Notes: a model not told the origin generated them from the letters alone. Shown: positions 29,405 through 40,096, counted from the stretch's first letter. The stretch: 64,000 nucleotides of DNA from Nanobdellota archaeon (GCA_021794235.1 JAJYRE010000018.1:3441-67440), one strand, 5' to 3'. A program made the numbers and translations.

Positions 29405-31111
29405 CTATCGTCTTAGTTTTAGCAGATCTTTGTAGCTAATTGTGTTTACAACGTCTTTGGAGGTAAGCCAGCCCCTTCTAGCTATCGCCGTCGATAGTCG
29501 TATGAATTTAAGATGCTCCAACCTGTGTGCATCGCTGCCGAGAGAGAACTTTATTCCCCCGTGCTCTTTGGCCCTTTTCACAAGGTCAAACGGCAGGTCT
29601 GATCTGTTTGGAAATCCGTTTATCTCTATCAACACATTGTTTTTCTCGCACGCATCAAATACTTTATCGAAATTTAGGGGCAGTGCCTCCCTCTCACCGA
29701 TCATTCTATCGGTAGGGTGGGCTATAGCGTTTATTCGTCCGCTATTTATCGCCTTTATTAGCCTGCCGGTAAGATCGGAGGGGCTCATCTTCAGGTTCTG
29801 ATGTATGGCTCCTATAACGAAGTCCATCTCCGAAAGTATCTTATTTGATAAATCTAATGACCCGTCCTTCAATATTTCTAGTTCTACACCCTTAAGTACC
29901 ATTATTTCACTCTTACTGTTGAAAGAATCGATCTTTTTATTGATTGCTCTAAACCTTTCTTCATCCAACCCGTTTGCTATCTTCAGACCCGCGCTGTGAT
30001 TAGTGAGTGCGATGTATCTCCTTCCCAGATTATGGGCGTATTCGGCAAGGTCTTCGAGACTATTAGCTCCATCACTATCTCTGGTGTGGGTGTGCAGGTC
30101 TCCGAGAATCTCATTATATTCCACGATTTTTGGGAGTTTGTGGTGCTGCGAGGCTTCTACCTCACCCATGTTCTCCCTCAACTCAGGCTGCATCATGTCT
30201 AGTCCAAGAGTTTTGTATACACCCTCCTCTGTCTGCCCGGCGATTTTCTTTGTACCTCTAAAAATACCGTACTCGTTCAGTTTCAGTCCCTTTGAGATTG
30301 CTATTTTTCTGAGTTTTATATTGTGATCCTTATTTCCGGTAAAGTACTGCATAGCAGAGCCGAATGATGCCATCTTTACTATCCTTATATCACAGCTGAG
30401 CCCGATATCTAGATCAACGGTGGTTTTTGTCGGCCCCTTTACGACGATGTTGGTAACACCCTTCATCTTAGAGAAAAGTTCCATTGCATCCTCTGGATTT
30501 GAGGAAACCGCCAGTATATCAAAATCGCCGACAGTATCCCTCATCCTCCTTGTTGAACCGGCCAACTCTACACGTTCAAACAGTTTATTCTTGCGAAGTG
30601 ATGTTACTAGGTTTTCGATGTAGTCTATAACATAGCCCAACGGCTTTCTATTCTCTTTCAGTTTCAGGAATGTATCCAGATTCTTTGCAAGTTCTTTTTC
30701 GCTCTTTTCGCCAAAGCCCTCTAAAGACATTATCTTGTGCTTCTCTATGGCGTAGGCCAAACTGTGAGTGTCCTTTATACCCAGCTTTTTGTAAAGAAGG
30801 TATGCTCTTTTTGGACCGAGGCCCCTTACTTTCCTAAACGATTCGAAATCTATAGGGTACTTCTTCTTAAGCTTCTCGTATTTACTTATCTCTCCTGTCT
30901 TTATGTACTCCTCTATGGATTTCGATATTGATTTACCTATGCCTTCAAGTTCCGTCAATCTGCCTTCGTTATAAAACACAGTGACGTCTGTGTTGAGTGT
31001 AAGGATTGTCATCGCCGCTGTCCTGTAAGCTCTAGGTTCCCACTGTACGCCCTCTATTTCGAGCATATCGGCTATATCGTAAAGCCTCTCCGCTATTTCC
31101 TGATTTGACAT
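29405..31111 (-). CDS. polX: DNA polymerase X with C-terminal PHP domain
   Basis: AGSTRR....GDFDIL (DxD), CDIR, YFTGNKDHN, PELRE, DLHTHT, SDAH. Confidence 0.96.
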   Translation of the reverse strand: MSNQEIAERLYDIADMLEIEGVQWEPRAYRTAAMTILTLNTDVTVFYNEGRLTELEGIGKSISKSIEEYIKTGEISKYEKLKKKYPIDFESFRKVRGLGPKRAYLLYKKLGIKDTHSLAYAIEKHKIMSLEGFGEKSEKELAKNLDTFLKLKENRKPLGYVIDYIENLVTSLRKNKLFERVELAGSTRRMRDTVGDFDILAVSSNPEDAMELFSKMKGVTNIVVKGPTKTTVDLDIGLSCDIRIVKMASFGSAMQYFTGNKDHNIKLRKIAISKGLKLNEYGIFRGTKKIAGQTEEGVYKTLGLDMMQPELRENMGEVEASQHHKLPKIVEYNEILGDLHTHTRDSDGANSLEDLAEYAHNLGRRYIALTNHSAGLKIANGLDEERFRAINKKIDSFNSKSEIMVLKGVELEILKDGSLDLSNKILSEMDFVIGAIHQNLKMSPSDLTGRLIKAINSGRINAIAHPTDRMIGEREALPLNFDKVFDACEKNNVLIEINGFPNRSDLPFDLVKRAKEHGGIKFSLGSDAHRLEHLKFIRLSTAIARRGWLTSKDVVNTISYKDLLKLRR

Positions 31112-32365
31112 TTACACCCTCGAAGCAAAACGCAATATATCCGTGGCGTGCCTTATGGATTTGACATGATTCATCCTGGCAATCGATTCGCCAAAGGAAG
31201 GATTTGGTCCAAACTTTATATTGGATATAAACACGGGTATATTTGAGTTTATGTGACGTTTTAACTCTGAGGAAGTAGCGTGATCGCACGTCAAAACAAG
31301 AGTATCCCCTCCCTTCATATCTAATTTCTTAGAAAGTTCTCCTAATATTATTTTGTCAAAAGATTCTATTATACTGTACTTGTCTGTGTATTTACCCAAA
31401 TGCGATGCTGCATCCGTCTGTTTAATGTGCAGATACACCGCATCGAATTTCTTGAGGGCTGAATTTAATTTATCCGATTTGTTGTAAAAATCAGACTTTA
31501 TATCGGAGAGTTCACCGGTGTCTATTATACTCATGCCCGCCGCCATACTTATTCCCTTTTCAAGCGGCATACCGACAACTGCGGCCCAGTTTTTACCGTA
31601 CGTTTTGTTTATATCCGGTAGTTTAGGGTCCGAAACTGCACCCCCTCTTAGGAACAAAAAATTCGGCAGCTCTTCTCTACGATTTTTTCTGTCACGATAC
31701 ACTCTGGACTTCTTGATGACATCTGATGACTTAGATATAAAGTCATTTAGTAAATCCGCTGAGTACTTCGCCTCTTTCTTTAAAGCCCTTATCTTGGATA
31801 TTTTTTTACTCTTTACTGGTACAGCAAATCCTATTTTTCTACCGTTTGGATAAAATTTAGGGGAATAACCAGGTTCATTTTCGGAGATAAATGCGGATAA
31901 TTTATATTTTGTCGCACGTATAACCAGACCGGCCCTGTATCCCTCTCCTACTTTGAATTCGAAGTCAGCATCAATTTTAACCTTGCTGTTTATTTCATCC
32001 TCTAGCTCCTGCAATTCACCACTACTCATGTAAACCCTAACGTTTTTCAGGTTAGAGCCCTCGATACTTCCGAAATTAGCTCTTAGACTTAGATCGCTAT
32101 CCTTTGGATCCAGCCCAAGCCCGAGACATTCAAACCATCCTCTTCCAGTCGAATATTTGATAGGATCATAGCCGAGGTCCGCCATCACCCCGGAATCGCT
32201 CTGTGGTGCGCTTTTGCCGAGTACATTTGGATAAGCCAATGTAGAGTGTCTAAGAAAATAGTACATGTTTGGTTTGTAAGCGTATTCGAGTGGGGTCTTA
32301 CCTCCGAGATTCTTGATTGGGAGGTCAGCCAGCCCATCTATTATTATGTATACTAATTTACCCAT
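31112..32365 (-). CDS. apgM: 2,3-bisphosphoglycerate-independent phosphoglycerate mutase, archaeal type
   Basis: IIDGLAD...KTPLEYA.KPNM, PQSD, GRGWFE, LHIKQTDAASH, TCDHAT. Confidence 0.93.
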   Translation of the reverse strand: MGKLVYIIIDGLADLPIKNLGGKTPLEYAYKPNMYYFLRHSTLAYPNVLGKSAPQSDSGVMADLGYDPIKYSTGRGWFECLGLGLDPKDSDLSLRANFGSIEGSNLKNVRVYMSSGELQELEDEINSKVKIDADFEFKVGEGYRAGLVIRATKYKLSAFISENEPGYSPKFYPNGRKIGFAVPVKSKKISKIRALKKEAKYSADLLNDFISKSSDVIKKSRVYRDRKNRREELPNFLFLRGGAVSDPKLPDINKTYGKNWAAVVGMPLEKGISMAAGMSIIDTGELSDIKSDFYNKSDKLNSALKKFDAVYLHIKQTDAASHLGKYTDKYSIIESFDKIILGELSKKLDMKGGDTLVLTCDHATSSELKRHINSNIPVFISNIKFGPNPSFGESIARMNHVKSIRHATDILRFASRV

Positions 32366-33032
32366 TTATTCCAGCCATAGCTAGCTTTCTGGTTAATTCA
32401 GAAAGTCTACTGGAGGATTTCAAACTCCTATTCTGCTCCAGCAATTCTCTTAATGTATCCGAGAGCTCAATGTTCTGCTGTACGAGTTGCTTAAGCATCT
32501 TTATGAGAGTTGACAGATCATCCACAGAATAGTTTGTCTTCTCATGCGGTTCCTCGACTGGTTTTGGCTGGGTCTGTGCATAAGTTTTCTTGATAGCCTG
32601 CTGCGGTTTTTGAGCCACTGCAGACTGTTTGCGGACATATTCCTGCTGTTGTGGTTTTTGAGACGTAATGCTCTCTTTCAACTGAGTGAGTATATTGTTT
32701 ATGTGCTCAACCTGTGCGGCTTTTTCCTGAAGTGATTTGGAGGATTCTTTCAAAGATAACGCTACTTCAACCTTCTTCTGTTTTTCAGGGGGTAATGCAG
32801 CCTCTTCCTCAACCAAAGCGGTGCCGGGTTTTATCGCAGTTTTCTTCGTGGATATGGATGATTCTATACTTTCTAATTCGTGTTCAGACTTTAGTATCTC
32901 ACTGACGATGGGATTTTCTACCGCAGTAACGGTGGATTGGAGGGATTCAATGTGAATGCCCAGATCGGACTCAACTTTCTTTATTTCCATCTTCAGAGCC
33001 TCGATCTTTTCTATAAGGTCGGCGTCTTCCAT
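32358..33032 (-). CDS. Coiled-coil hypothetical protein
   Basis: Heptad-rich E/K/Q sequence; co-oriented between flpA and apgM. Confidence 0.7.
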   Translation of the reverse strand: MEDADLIEKIEALKMEIKKVESDLGIHIESLQSTVTAVENPIVSEILKSEHELESIESSISTKKTAIKPGTALVEEEAALPPEKQKKVEVALSLKESSKSLQEKAAQVEHINNILTQLKESITSQKPQQQEYVRKQSAVAQKPQQAIKKTYAQTQPKPVEEPHEKTNYSVDDLSTLIKMLKQLVQQNIELSDTLRELLEQNRSLKSSSRLSELTRKLAMAGING

Positions 33033-33091
33033 AGATAATAATATTACAAGGAGGTATTAGTACTTAACTTTTGTACGGATTACTTCTGCAG

Positions 33092-33766
33092 TTACTGCCT
33101 TTTAGTGACGAAGACAAGCGCATGATCCTTCTGGTAGGGGTATAAGTTTATAGAAGCGGTAACTTTGAAGAATTTTCCCAGTTTTTTAACCTCCTGATCT
33201 ATAACATCCCTACTGCTTGCTCTAACATCTATACTCTTTGTCTTTATCGCTATCGCAGCCGATTTTCCAGGCTTAAGAAGTGACTGTACGGCGCCTATAA
33301 ATATATCTACCTGATCCCTCTGAGATATGTCCTGATAGATAAAATCGAAATTACGAGCATCGCCAACAAGCTCCTTCACTTTTCTGGCATCGCCTATTAT
33401 AGGGAAAATGTTCTTCCTCGATTCTGCGAGAAGTATCAGTTTTATTCCCATCTCCTCTGAAAGTTCAACCGCATAGACAGAACCGTCTGCGCCGACTATG
33501 TCTGACACATGGGAAACCGTAGTGCCGGATGATGCGCCTAGATACAGTATTTTGTATCCCTTCTTGATGTCCACATTTCTGAATCCTTTATAAAAAGCGG
33601 CGGCGAGTTTGCTCCTGTCCGGTATCCATTCCCTATATTGTTGGCTTTTTATATCGAATAACTTTTCACCATAGACCTGCCTATCCCTCACCATATTAAG
33701 TGAAACGAGCGTCCTCCTGCCCTGTTTTAGCCAGTAAACATTATCTATTACGTTTAAAAGTTCCAT
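33092..33766 (-). CDS. flpA: Fibrillarin-like rRNA/tRNA 2'-O-methyltransferase
   Basis: VYGEK, YREW.P.RSKLAA, LYLGASSGTTVSHVSD, NIFPIIGDAR. Confidence 0.97.
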   Translation of the reverse strand: MELLNVIDNVYWLKQGRRTLVSLNMVRDRQVYGEKLFDIKSQQYREWIPDRSKLAAAFYKGFRNVDIKKGYKILYLGASSGTTVSHVSDIVGADGSVYAVELSEEMGIKLILLAESRKNIFPIIGDARKVKELVGDARNFDFIYQDISQRDQVDIFIGAVQSLLKPGKSAAIAIKTKSIDVRASSRDVIDQEVKKLGKFFKVTASINLYPYQKDHALVFVTKRQ

Positions 33767-34496
33767 GTTTTTTCAGATTTGCAAGTTCTTTGTTCATATC
33801 CGCTATAAGCTCCCCGGATTTGTCCTTCTTTGAAAATAAGTCCAGTTTTGCTGCCATGCTTATTTTTGATGCTATTATCCTAGCCGATCTTCCACGCAGG
33901 TCCTGATCGGCATTTTCTATCTTTTCATGCTTAAAAATTATACCGTATTTGGGATTTCTTGCTTCGCTCTGAGAGAACCTTGACTTGTCGGCACCGAGCA
34001 CCTGTATCCTAGAACTTGGCATGTATGCGAGTTTTTTTATCCCGCCGCCCATGGATATCAATCTTGCCCCGAGTTCATACCCGCAGACTTTTGTGACGTT
34101 TACATAATTTGCTAGCATTATCTGCTCCAGCCTCTCTCCAGCTATCTTTAGAAGTATATGAACGTTATGAATCTCGTTTACAACCGTGGATAAAAGCTGG
34201 AGGTCTTCGTCATCCAGATCGTAGCCCATACTATCGATGCTCATTCCAAGAGTTTTAGCGACTTCGTCCCTTGAAACCCCATGAACTGTCATATTTATGA
34301 AGGCTTCCTTCGTCTGCGATATGTTTGCCGCCTCCGGAAAATACAGGAAAAAGAGATCATACACTGCTTCGAACATAGTGTTCTCCGATTTCTCACTGGA
34401 GTCTATGAATGTTATAACCTTCCTTATCAGGTCATCTATTGAAAGGTTCCTCTTGACAGTAGACCTGGCCTTTTCTATGTAACTCGAATTATCCAT
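33741..34496 (-). CDS. nop5: Nop5 (Nop56/58) C/D RNP protein, N-terminally shortened
   Basis: YFPE, GARLIS..GG...LA.MPSS.IQVLGADK, PKYGIIF, RGR.AR.IASK; start taken at ATG 34496. Confidence 0.9.
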   Translation of the reverse strand: MDNSSYIEKARSTVKRNLSIDDLIRKVITFIDSSEKSENTMFEAVYDLFFLYFPEAANISQTKEAFINMTVHGVSRDEVAKTLGMSIDSMGYDLDDEDLQLLSTVVNEIHNVHILLKIAGERLEQIMLANYVNVTKVCGYELGARLISMGGGIKKLAYMPSSRIQVLGADKSRFSQSEARNPKYGIIFKHEKIENADQDLRGRSARIIASKISMAAKLDLFSKKDKSGELIADMNKELANLKKHGTFKRNR

Positions 34497-34591
34497 AATA
34501 ATCCTAATGATTTTCAAGGTTAATATATAACCATATCTGTTGTGCAATACACGGATGTATTCTTAAATAGTTTGGAAAATATATCTATCTT

Positions 34592-35803
34592 ATGGTGGAT
34601 AACGTCAAAGGTCTGAGAGATTTTATCGGGAAAGAGGCTGTAATGAGGCAGGAAACTCTTAACGACATAAAAGAAATATTCAACGAATTCGGATACGAGC
34701 CGATAGAAACGCCTGCACTGGAGTACCTTTCTATATTCATAAATAAAGCTGGTCCGGAGGTGGAAGAGCAACTGTATTCGCTAGAGGACAAAAAGGGAGA
34801 GAAGCTTGCACTCAGGCCTGAACACACAATATCGAAAATGCGCGTTATATCCGGCAACAAGTCCCTTGTATTCCCTTTGAAGACATACAGTGTAGGGGCT
34901 GTCTGGAGGTATGAGGATCCGAGAAAGGGCAGATGGAGGGAGTTTATACAGGCGGATATCGATGTAGTGGGGTCTTCCAATCTCAGATACGACGCTGAAG
35001 TGATTGCGTGTTTGGATGCAGCCCTCAAAAAGATAGGAATGGGTAACTACATAATAAAGATAAGCAGCAGAAAAATACTGCAATCCATACTCGATGAACT
35101 AGACACTTCGCCGGATGCCAGTGTTCAGGTATTCAGAGAAGTAGACAAAAAAGACAAAATTGGGATAGATGAGGTTACAAATAGGGTATCGGAGCTGATA
35201 GGCGGGGAAAAAGCCGACAAGATTAGGGCATATCTATCGGAAGAGATAGTTCCTGACAATGAAGGCTACAACGAAACTAAAAAGATAATGGAGTACTTAA
35301 ACAATGAATTCGGGATAAAAAATGTAAAGTTCGACATATCGCTTGTAAGAGGTCAGGATTACTATGACGGCATGATATTTGAGATAGCCTCTATGGATGA
35401 CGCCTACAAAGGTCTAGTTTTTGCTGGAGGAGGAAGGTACGATAGACTCAGTAAAAAGTTTGAAAGCAACTTTCCCATAGTAGGCGGTTCGCTGGGATTT
35501 GATGTGATTATGGAGATATTAAAGGCAAAAACTCCTGTTGAGGACTTTGAGGAAAAATACTGCGTAATAAACATAGACAGCATGCAAAAAGCGACAGAGA
35601 TAGCAAGAAAGTTGAGGGAGAAGGGTGTAAAGACAGACCTACTATTCGAGGATGTAAGCCTTTCAAAGGGATTAAACTACTGCAATTCCAAAAAAATAAG
35701 GTACGCGGTTATAGTCGGAAAGAAGGATCTTGAGCAGGGTGTAATAACTATAAGAGACCTGAAAGAAAAAGCCGATAAAAAAGTCAAAGAGAGTGAGCTA
35801 TAA
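34592..35803 (+). CDS. hisS: Histidine-tRNA ligase
   Basis: KGLRDF, LRPEHT, WRYEDPRKGRWREFIQADID, VRGQDYY, GGGRYD. Confidence 0.97.
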   Translation: MVDNVKGLRDFIGKEAVMRQETLNDIKEIFNEFGYEPIETPALEYLSIFINKAGPEVEEQLYSLEDKKGEKLALRPEHTISKMRVISGNKSLVFPLKTYSVGAVWRYEDPRKGRWREFIQADIDVVGSSNLRYDAEVIACLDAALKKIGMGNYIIKISSRKILQSILDELDTSPDASVQVFREVDKKDKIGIDEVTNRVSELIGGEKADKIRAYLSEEIVPDNEGYNETKKIMEYLNNEFGIKNVKFDISLVRGQDYYDGMIFEIASMDDAYKGLVFAGGGRYDRLSKKFESNFPIVGGSLGFDVIMEILKAKTPVEDFEEKYCVINIDSMQKATEIARKLREKGVKTDLLFEDVSLSKGLNYCNSKKIRYAVIVGKKDLEQGVITIRDLKEKADKKVKESEL

Positions 35804-35819
35804 ACTGATCCTATTTAGG

Positions 35820-36290
35820 TTACTTTACAGGCCCTTTTAGTACGGTGCAAACCCATCCTGCCGGGGCGGATGCTAATGCTACCTCTTTGGCTAGCAAAGC
35901 CGCCTGTTCTTCATTGCTTAGCTTATCGAGGAGTATGTATATCCCTCCCTCCTCAGTGCCGTTGTGTCCCTTTAAAACTCTTAGAAGTGCCTCTGTGTTC
36001 TTTATCACCGTGGCTTTTCCAGACTCTGACCTAAGCAGGGATTCTATTAAGTCCAGCATCTTCCATACGGACCCATGCTCCGCTTCAAGACCTTTAATTA
36101 GAACTTCGTTGCCGCTGTATACCGCTTTAAACAGATATTCCTCTTCCCAAAATATATGATTCCTTAATGATACCTTCGCCACGTGAAAGGAATCCTCATC
36201 GATGCGAGAACCGTTTTTCAGCGAATCGAGAAACTGTTTAAGGTAGAGGTCTATCCTAGCGTGATCATCAGTAAGAACTTCGTCCAGCAT
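35820..36290 (-). CDS. Hemerythrin/HHE-domain protein
   Basis: DH, HIFWEEEYLF, EH, HNGTEE motifs. Confidence 0.88.
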   Translation of the reverse strand: MLDEVLTDDHARIDLYLKQFLDSLKNGSRIDEDSFHVAKVSLRNHIFWEEEYLFKAVYSGNEVLIKGLEAEHGSVWKMLDLIESLLRSESGKATVIKNTEALLRVLKGHNGTEEGGIYILLDKLSNEEQAALLAKEVALASAPAGWVCTVLKGPVK

Positions 36291-36327
36291 ACTATAACAA
36301 CATATACAAGATATAAAAATAATCAGA

Positions 36328-36400
36328 CGCCCCGAGCGGGATTCGGACCCGCGTCAATGCCGTGACAGGGCACTATCCTAGACCACTAGACTATCGGGGC
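36328..36400 (-). tRNA. tRNA-Asp(GTC)
   Basis: GCCCCGA/TCGGGGC acceptor, GTGCC-CT-GTC-AC-GGCAT anticodon arm, discriminator G; T-loop reads TCCGAAT. Confidence 0.94.
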
Positions 36401-36454
36401 ACAATCTGATTTAATATATTAAAATGCAACCGTTATTAAATCTTTTTACAGGGC

Positions 36455-37858
36455 TTATTTTATGTTAAGTATTAAAGAGTTCGAGTTCTTCGAATATGAT
36501 TTTGTACCTAGCTTGAACTTCACAGATGCGGGCCCTAAGTTAAATCCACCGAGTATCCCTATTTTACTCTTTATTTCATACATAACTATTATCTCATCAC
36601 CCGGATTCAACTCTTCCTCCTTCCAATTAATGTGTATGCCGTCTCCCCTCTTTATTATCTTTCCTTCTTTCTGTCCTGTTATTGAGACCTTTAACGAATT
36701 TGGAGGAAGGACATCGGAGATTTCTATGGACTTAATAACAGTCCTTGAGATGTTCCTTAGCCTAAGAGCCAGTTTTACATCTATGAAACCATCAACGGCC
36801 CTGTGCTCAACGACTTCCTTAACGAATTTTACTTTCCTACTGAAAATAAGGAAACCGACTATTGCAGCTATGATAACTATGATTATTATGTAGATAGGAA
36901 GGTAGGATATTGTGTATGACAATACAACCGTCTGTCCAGGTTGCAGCAGAGAGGTGGATGGGATTATCGAACCATTCACTATACGGCCTGATGTAACTGC
37001 GGCAACGAAAAGTGAATTGAATTTCCCAACGGGAAACGCTACCTGAGACGCCTGCATAGGCGTATTACCGTTATTAGTAACTGTTATTGATCTGTTACCG
37101 CCGAATGCACCTATGTTGTTAACAGAGTTCACCTGCGTTGATGCAAATGGCTTCACTGTCATGCTTGTGGATCCTGATGAGAAAGACCCTGTGTACTTAA
37201 CGGAAAAATTAAGATTGTAGTCGCCTGGTGCTGTAGACCTATTGATTTTAAAGGTGAAAGGGAATACGTTAAGGCCGAGGGTATTTAGTGTTATGGTCCC
37301 TTTTGAAGAATACACTACCGTAGAGCCTGAAGACAGTGTATAGTTGTATGGAACGCTTACTCCAGTGGACCCGACTCCGTTAAGTATACGCGCGGTAAAA
37401 TTCACAGACTGGTATGGATATAGCGAATTCGGAGCCGTTATATTAGATATGGATACGAGTTCGGACGACTTTGGAGTTATAGGCGCATTTATCACAAAAC
37501 TCTGATTGGTTCCGTTCTCTTGATACGGGATATTTATCTGCAAAGGAGTTGAGAAGAAAACATTATTCGTAACGAAAGAAAATAGGACTATTTTTGATGA
37601 TCCGGGTGGCATAAAAAAGGATAGAGGATATGCGTTTATACTGTTGAAGTAATACCCGTAGATTACGGTGGGTATGCTTGTATGCAGAGTTATGTTTTCA
37701 CCGGATGCTCCGTTGTTGTAGAAAGTTATATTGAAGTAGGATATGCTGTTACTTGGAATAGTTATACTAGTCGGGCTTATCTGCAGCGCGTGAACAGTTC
37801 CAACCGTGAAAAATAGAACTAACACGGCTAAAACTATCTGGTACTTAAATGGCATCAT
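36455..37858 (-). CDS. Secreted Ig-like domain membrane protein with cytoplasmic C-terminal beta domain
   Basis: Signal peptide (..TVHA|LQ), N/S/T-rich beta domains with many NxS/T sequons, one TM helix near residue 320-340, charged C-terminal domain. Confidence 0.75.
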   Translation of the reverse strand: MMPFKYQIVLAVLVLFFTVGTVHALQISPTSITIPSNSISYFNITFYNNGASGENITLHTSIPTVIYGYYFNSINAYPLSFFMPPGSSKIVLFSFVTNNVFFSTPLQINIPYQENGTNQSFVINAPITPKSSELVSISNITAPNSLYPYQSVNFTARILNGVGSTGVSVPYNYTLSSGSTVVYSSKGTITLNTLGLNVFPFTFKINRSTAPGDYNLNFSVKYTGSFSSGSTSMTVKPFASTQVNSVNNIGAFGGNRSITVTNNGNTPMQASQVAFPVGKFNSLFVAAVTSGRIVNGSIIPSTSLLQPGQTVVLSYTISYLPIYIIIIVIIAAIVGFLIFSRKVKFVKEVVEHRAVDGFIDVKLALRLRNISRTVIKSIEISDVLPPNSLKVSITGQKEGKIIKRGDGIHINWKEEELNPGDEIIVMYEIKSKIGILGGFNLGPASVKFKLGTKSYSKNSNSLILNIK

Positions 37859-37897
37859 AAACTATGATAATATTTGGCAATATTTAAGCCTTAGTCC

Positions 37898-39037
37898 CTA
37901 AATCACCTTACGATACAACGAAACAAGTCTGTCTGCGGTGTTTCTGATATCAAAGTTCCTTACTACCCCGTCAAATTCGAAGCTTTTCCTTTTACTGTAA
38001 ACTTCTTCCACCTTTCCGGCTAAGTCCCATATACTGTCAGGGCTGAATTTAATCCCGCACTTCGAATAGTCTAGAAGCTCCACCTGTGCTGTTTTGTCTG
38101 GTATCAACAGCGGTACATGGTAGTATGCTGCCAGAAGGCTCACTAACGACTGTGTTTCAAACAGCGACGGGTTACAGAACATATCCGCAGCCGAATAATA
38201 GTATGATTTTAGGCCGTCCGGAATAAAACCGGGAAACTTTACAGACTTATTGTTCAGAAGTTTACTGACTCTCTTAAGGTGCTGAAGATACGGACCGCTG
38301 CCGGCCAGCACTAGCTTAGTTCTATCATCGCACACCACACTGGCTGCCCGCACCAAAAAATCGAGATTCTTCTCGTGACTTACACGCCCGAAGTAAAGTA
38401 TCACGCGATCGGTTTTTTTAATCCCCAACTTACGACGCGCGGTATCCCGGTTTATTCTCTTGAATTTGCTGAAATCTACGCCTGTGGGTATTACGTGCAC
38501 TTTGCCTATTCCATTATCGCTAAGGATGTTTTTCACAAATCGTGTAGGGGCTATAACAGCATCGCTTTTTTGGTAGAACCACTTAGTATATTTTAGCATG
38601 GCGGACTTTGCAAGGCGAACTGCGAGTTTACTGTTACCTAGATAGCCCGCTAGGGCCGATTCGGAGAATATGTATGTGTGAAAGGTGCTGACCATACCCG
38701 CGCCCGTCGATCGTTTTGCCCTCAAAGCAAACATTCCGGCACTGAACGGCGTATGAGCGTGTATTATATCGGGTTTTATCTGTCTTATATAATCGGAATA
38801 GTCTGAGCTCAAGGCGAATGTGTACTGAGGATACCGTCTGAACTTTATGCCTTTAAGGACTATCAGGTTGTGGTCTTTCTTCGCAAGCTTCTCGGTCTGT
38901 TTGTTTCCCGCTGCAAATATATAAACTTCGTGCCCTCTCCTCTCAAGCTCTCGTCTAGTTTCTATTATCGATGTTACGACGCCATCTATCGATGGGAGGT
39001 AGCTGTCCGTATAGAACGCTATTTTGAGTGTTTCCAT
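37898..39037 (-). CDS. GT4 (GT-B) glycosyltransferase
   Basis: FYTDSYLPSIDGV, IIHAHTPF, GRVSHEKN, PSLFETQ. Confidence 0.93.
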   Translation of the reverse strand: METLKIAFYTDSYLPSIDGVVTSIIETRRELERRGHEVYIFAAGNKQTEKLAKKDHNLIVLKGIKFRRYPQYTFALSSDYSDYIRQIKPDIIHAHTPFSAGMFALRAKRSTGAGMVSTFHTYIFSESALAGYLGNSKLAVRLAKSAMLKYTKWFYQKSDAVIAPTRFVKNILSDNGIGKVHVIPTGVDFSKFKRINRDTARRKLGIKKTDRVILYFGRVSHEKNLDFLVRAASVVCDDRTKLVLAGSGPYLQHLKRVSKLLNNKSVKFPGFIPDGLKSYYYSAADMFCNPSLFETQSLVSLLAAYYHVPLLIPDKTAQVELLDYSKCGIKFSPDSIWDLAGKVEEVYSKRKSFEFDGVVRNFDIRNTADRLVSLYRKVI

Positions 39038-39052
39038 CTATAGAAAACCTAT

Positions 39053-40078
39053 TCAAATTTTAGATATATAAGGATTAAGCTTCCTCCCCAGCAGTTTATC
39101 GATTTCTTTCAGACTGTGTTCGGATATGTCTTTAGGGAGTTCGGGCACTATGTCTATAACCAGCTTACCCCTCTTTCTTCTCTTGTCCGATAGTCCTTTG
39201 TTGTTCAGTATTATCTGATTTCCCGTGTTTTTTGTTATAGATATCTTTTCTTTTCCCCACGGTGCGCTGATATCTATGTCACAACCTCTTGCTATATCCC
39301 TCACATCAACGTGAAGTTTTGTCAAAAGATCCGTGCCGTGTATAGAAAATGAATCGTTTCCGATTATGTGCAATACAACATAAAGGTCTCCATCGTCCCC
39401 GTCCTGTACGGACTCTCCCTTTCCTTGGAGTACCACATAGTCCTCCTCTGCTATATCGCTTCTTATCGGTATTTCAAGGTCTTCCTTCTTGTTTATGAAC
39501 CCGCTGCCATTGCAAACGTTGCATTTTTTTACCACTGTGAAACCCCTACCTCTGCAGGCTTCGCAGATACCCATAGTTACAAACGTTGAATTAAACTGTC
39601 TAGAAGCCTTTCTGACACGGCCTGTACCGTTGCATTTTTCGCATTTAATGCGCTCTTTTGCACCGGTACCTTCGCACTCTCCGCATTTCGCACGCCTCAT
39701 TATATTGATCCGCCTGCTACTTTTGCTGAAAAGTTCATCAAGCGTTATTGTCAGATCATAGCGCAGGTCATCGCCCTTTGATTTAAATCCGAAATTCTTG
39801 AATATGTCGGAGAATCCACCGAAATTGAATATATCGCCGAAGTCCTCAAATCCGAAGCCTTCAGCGCCCTGACCGGCACTCTGACCCTGTCCTTTGTTGT
39901 TTATGGCTCTGTATGCCTCGTTTATCTCCTTGAATTTTTCCTCGGCCTGTTTATCGCCGTGATTAAGGTCCGGGTGATATTTTTTTGCTAGAGTCTTAAA
40001 GGCTTTCTTTATCTCTTCCTCTGAGGCACCTCTATTTACCCCTAAAATCTTGTAAGGATTCTTATCCATATTTTGCAT
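39053..40078 (-). CDS. dnaJ: Chaperone DnaJ
   Basis: J domain with HPD, G/F region, four CxxCxGxG motifs. Confidence 0.97.
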   Translation of the reverse strand: MQNMDKNPYKILGVNRGASEEEIKKAFKTLAKKYHPDLNHGDKQAEEKFKEINEAYRAINNKGQGQSAGQGAEGFGFEDFGDIFNFGGFSDIFKNFGFKSKGDDLRYDLTITLDELFSKSSRRINIMRRAKCGECEGTGAKERIKCEKCNGTGRVRKASRQFNSTFVTMGICEACRGRGFTVVKKCNVCNGSGFINKKEDLEIPIRSDIAEEDYVVLQGKGESVQDGDDGDLYVVLHIIGNDSFSIHGTDLLTKLHVDVRDIARGCDIDISAPWGKEKISITKNTGNQIILNNKGLSDKRRKRGKLVIDIVPELPKDISEHSLKEIDKLLGRKLNPYISKI

Positions 40079-40096
40079 TTACTTTCCCGGACTGGT

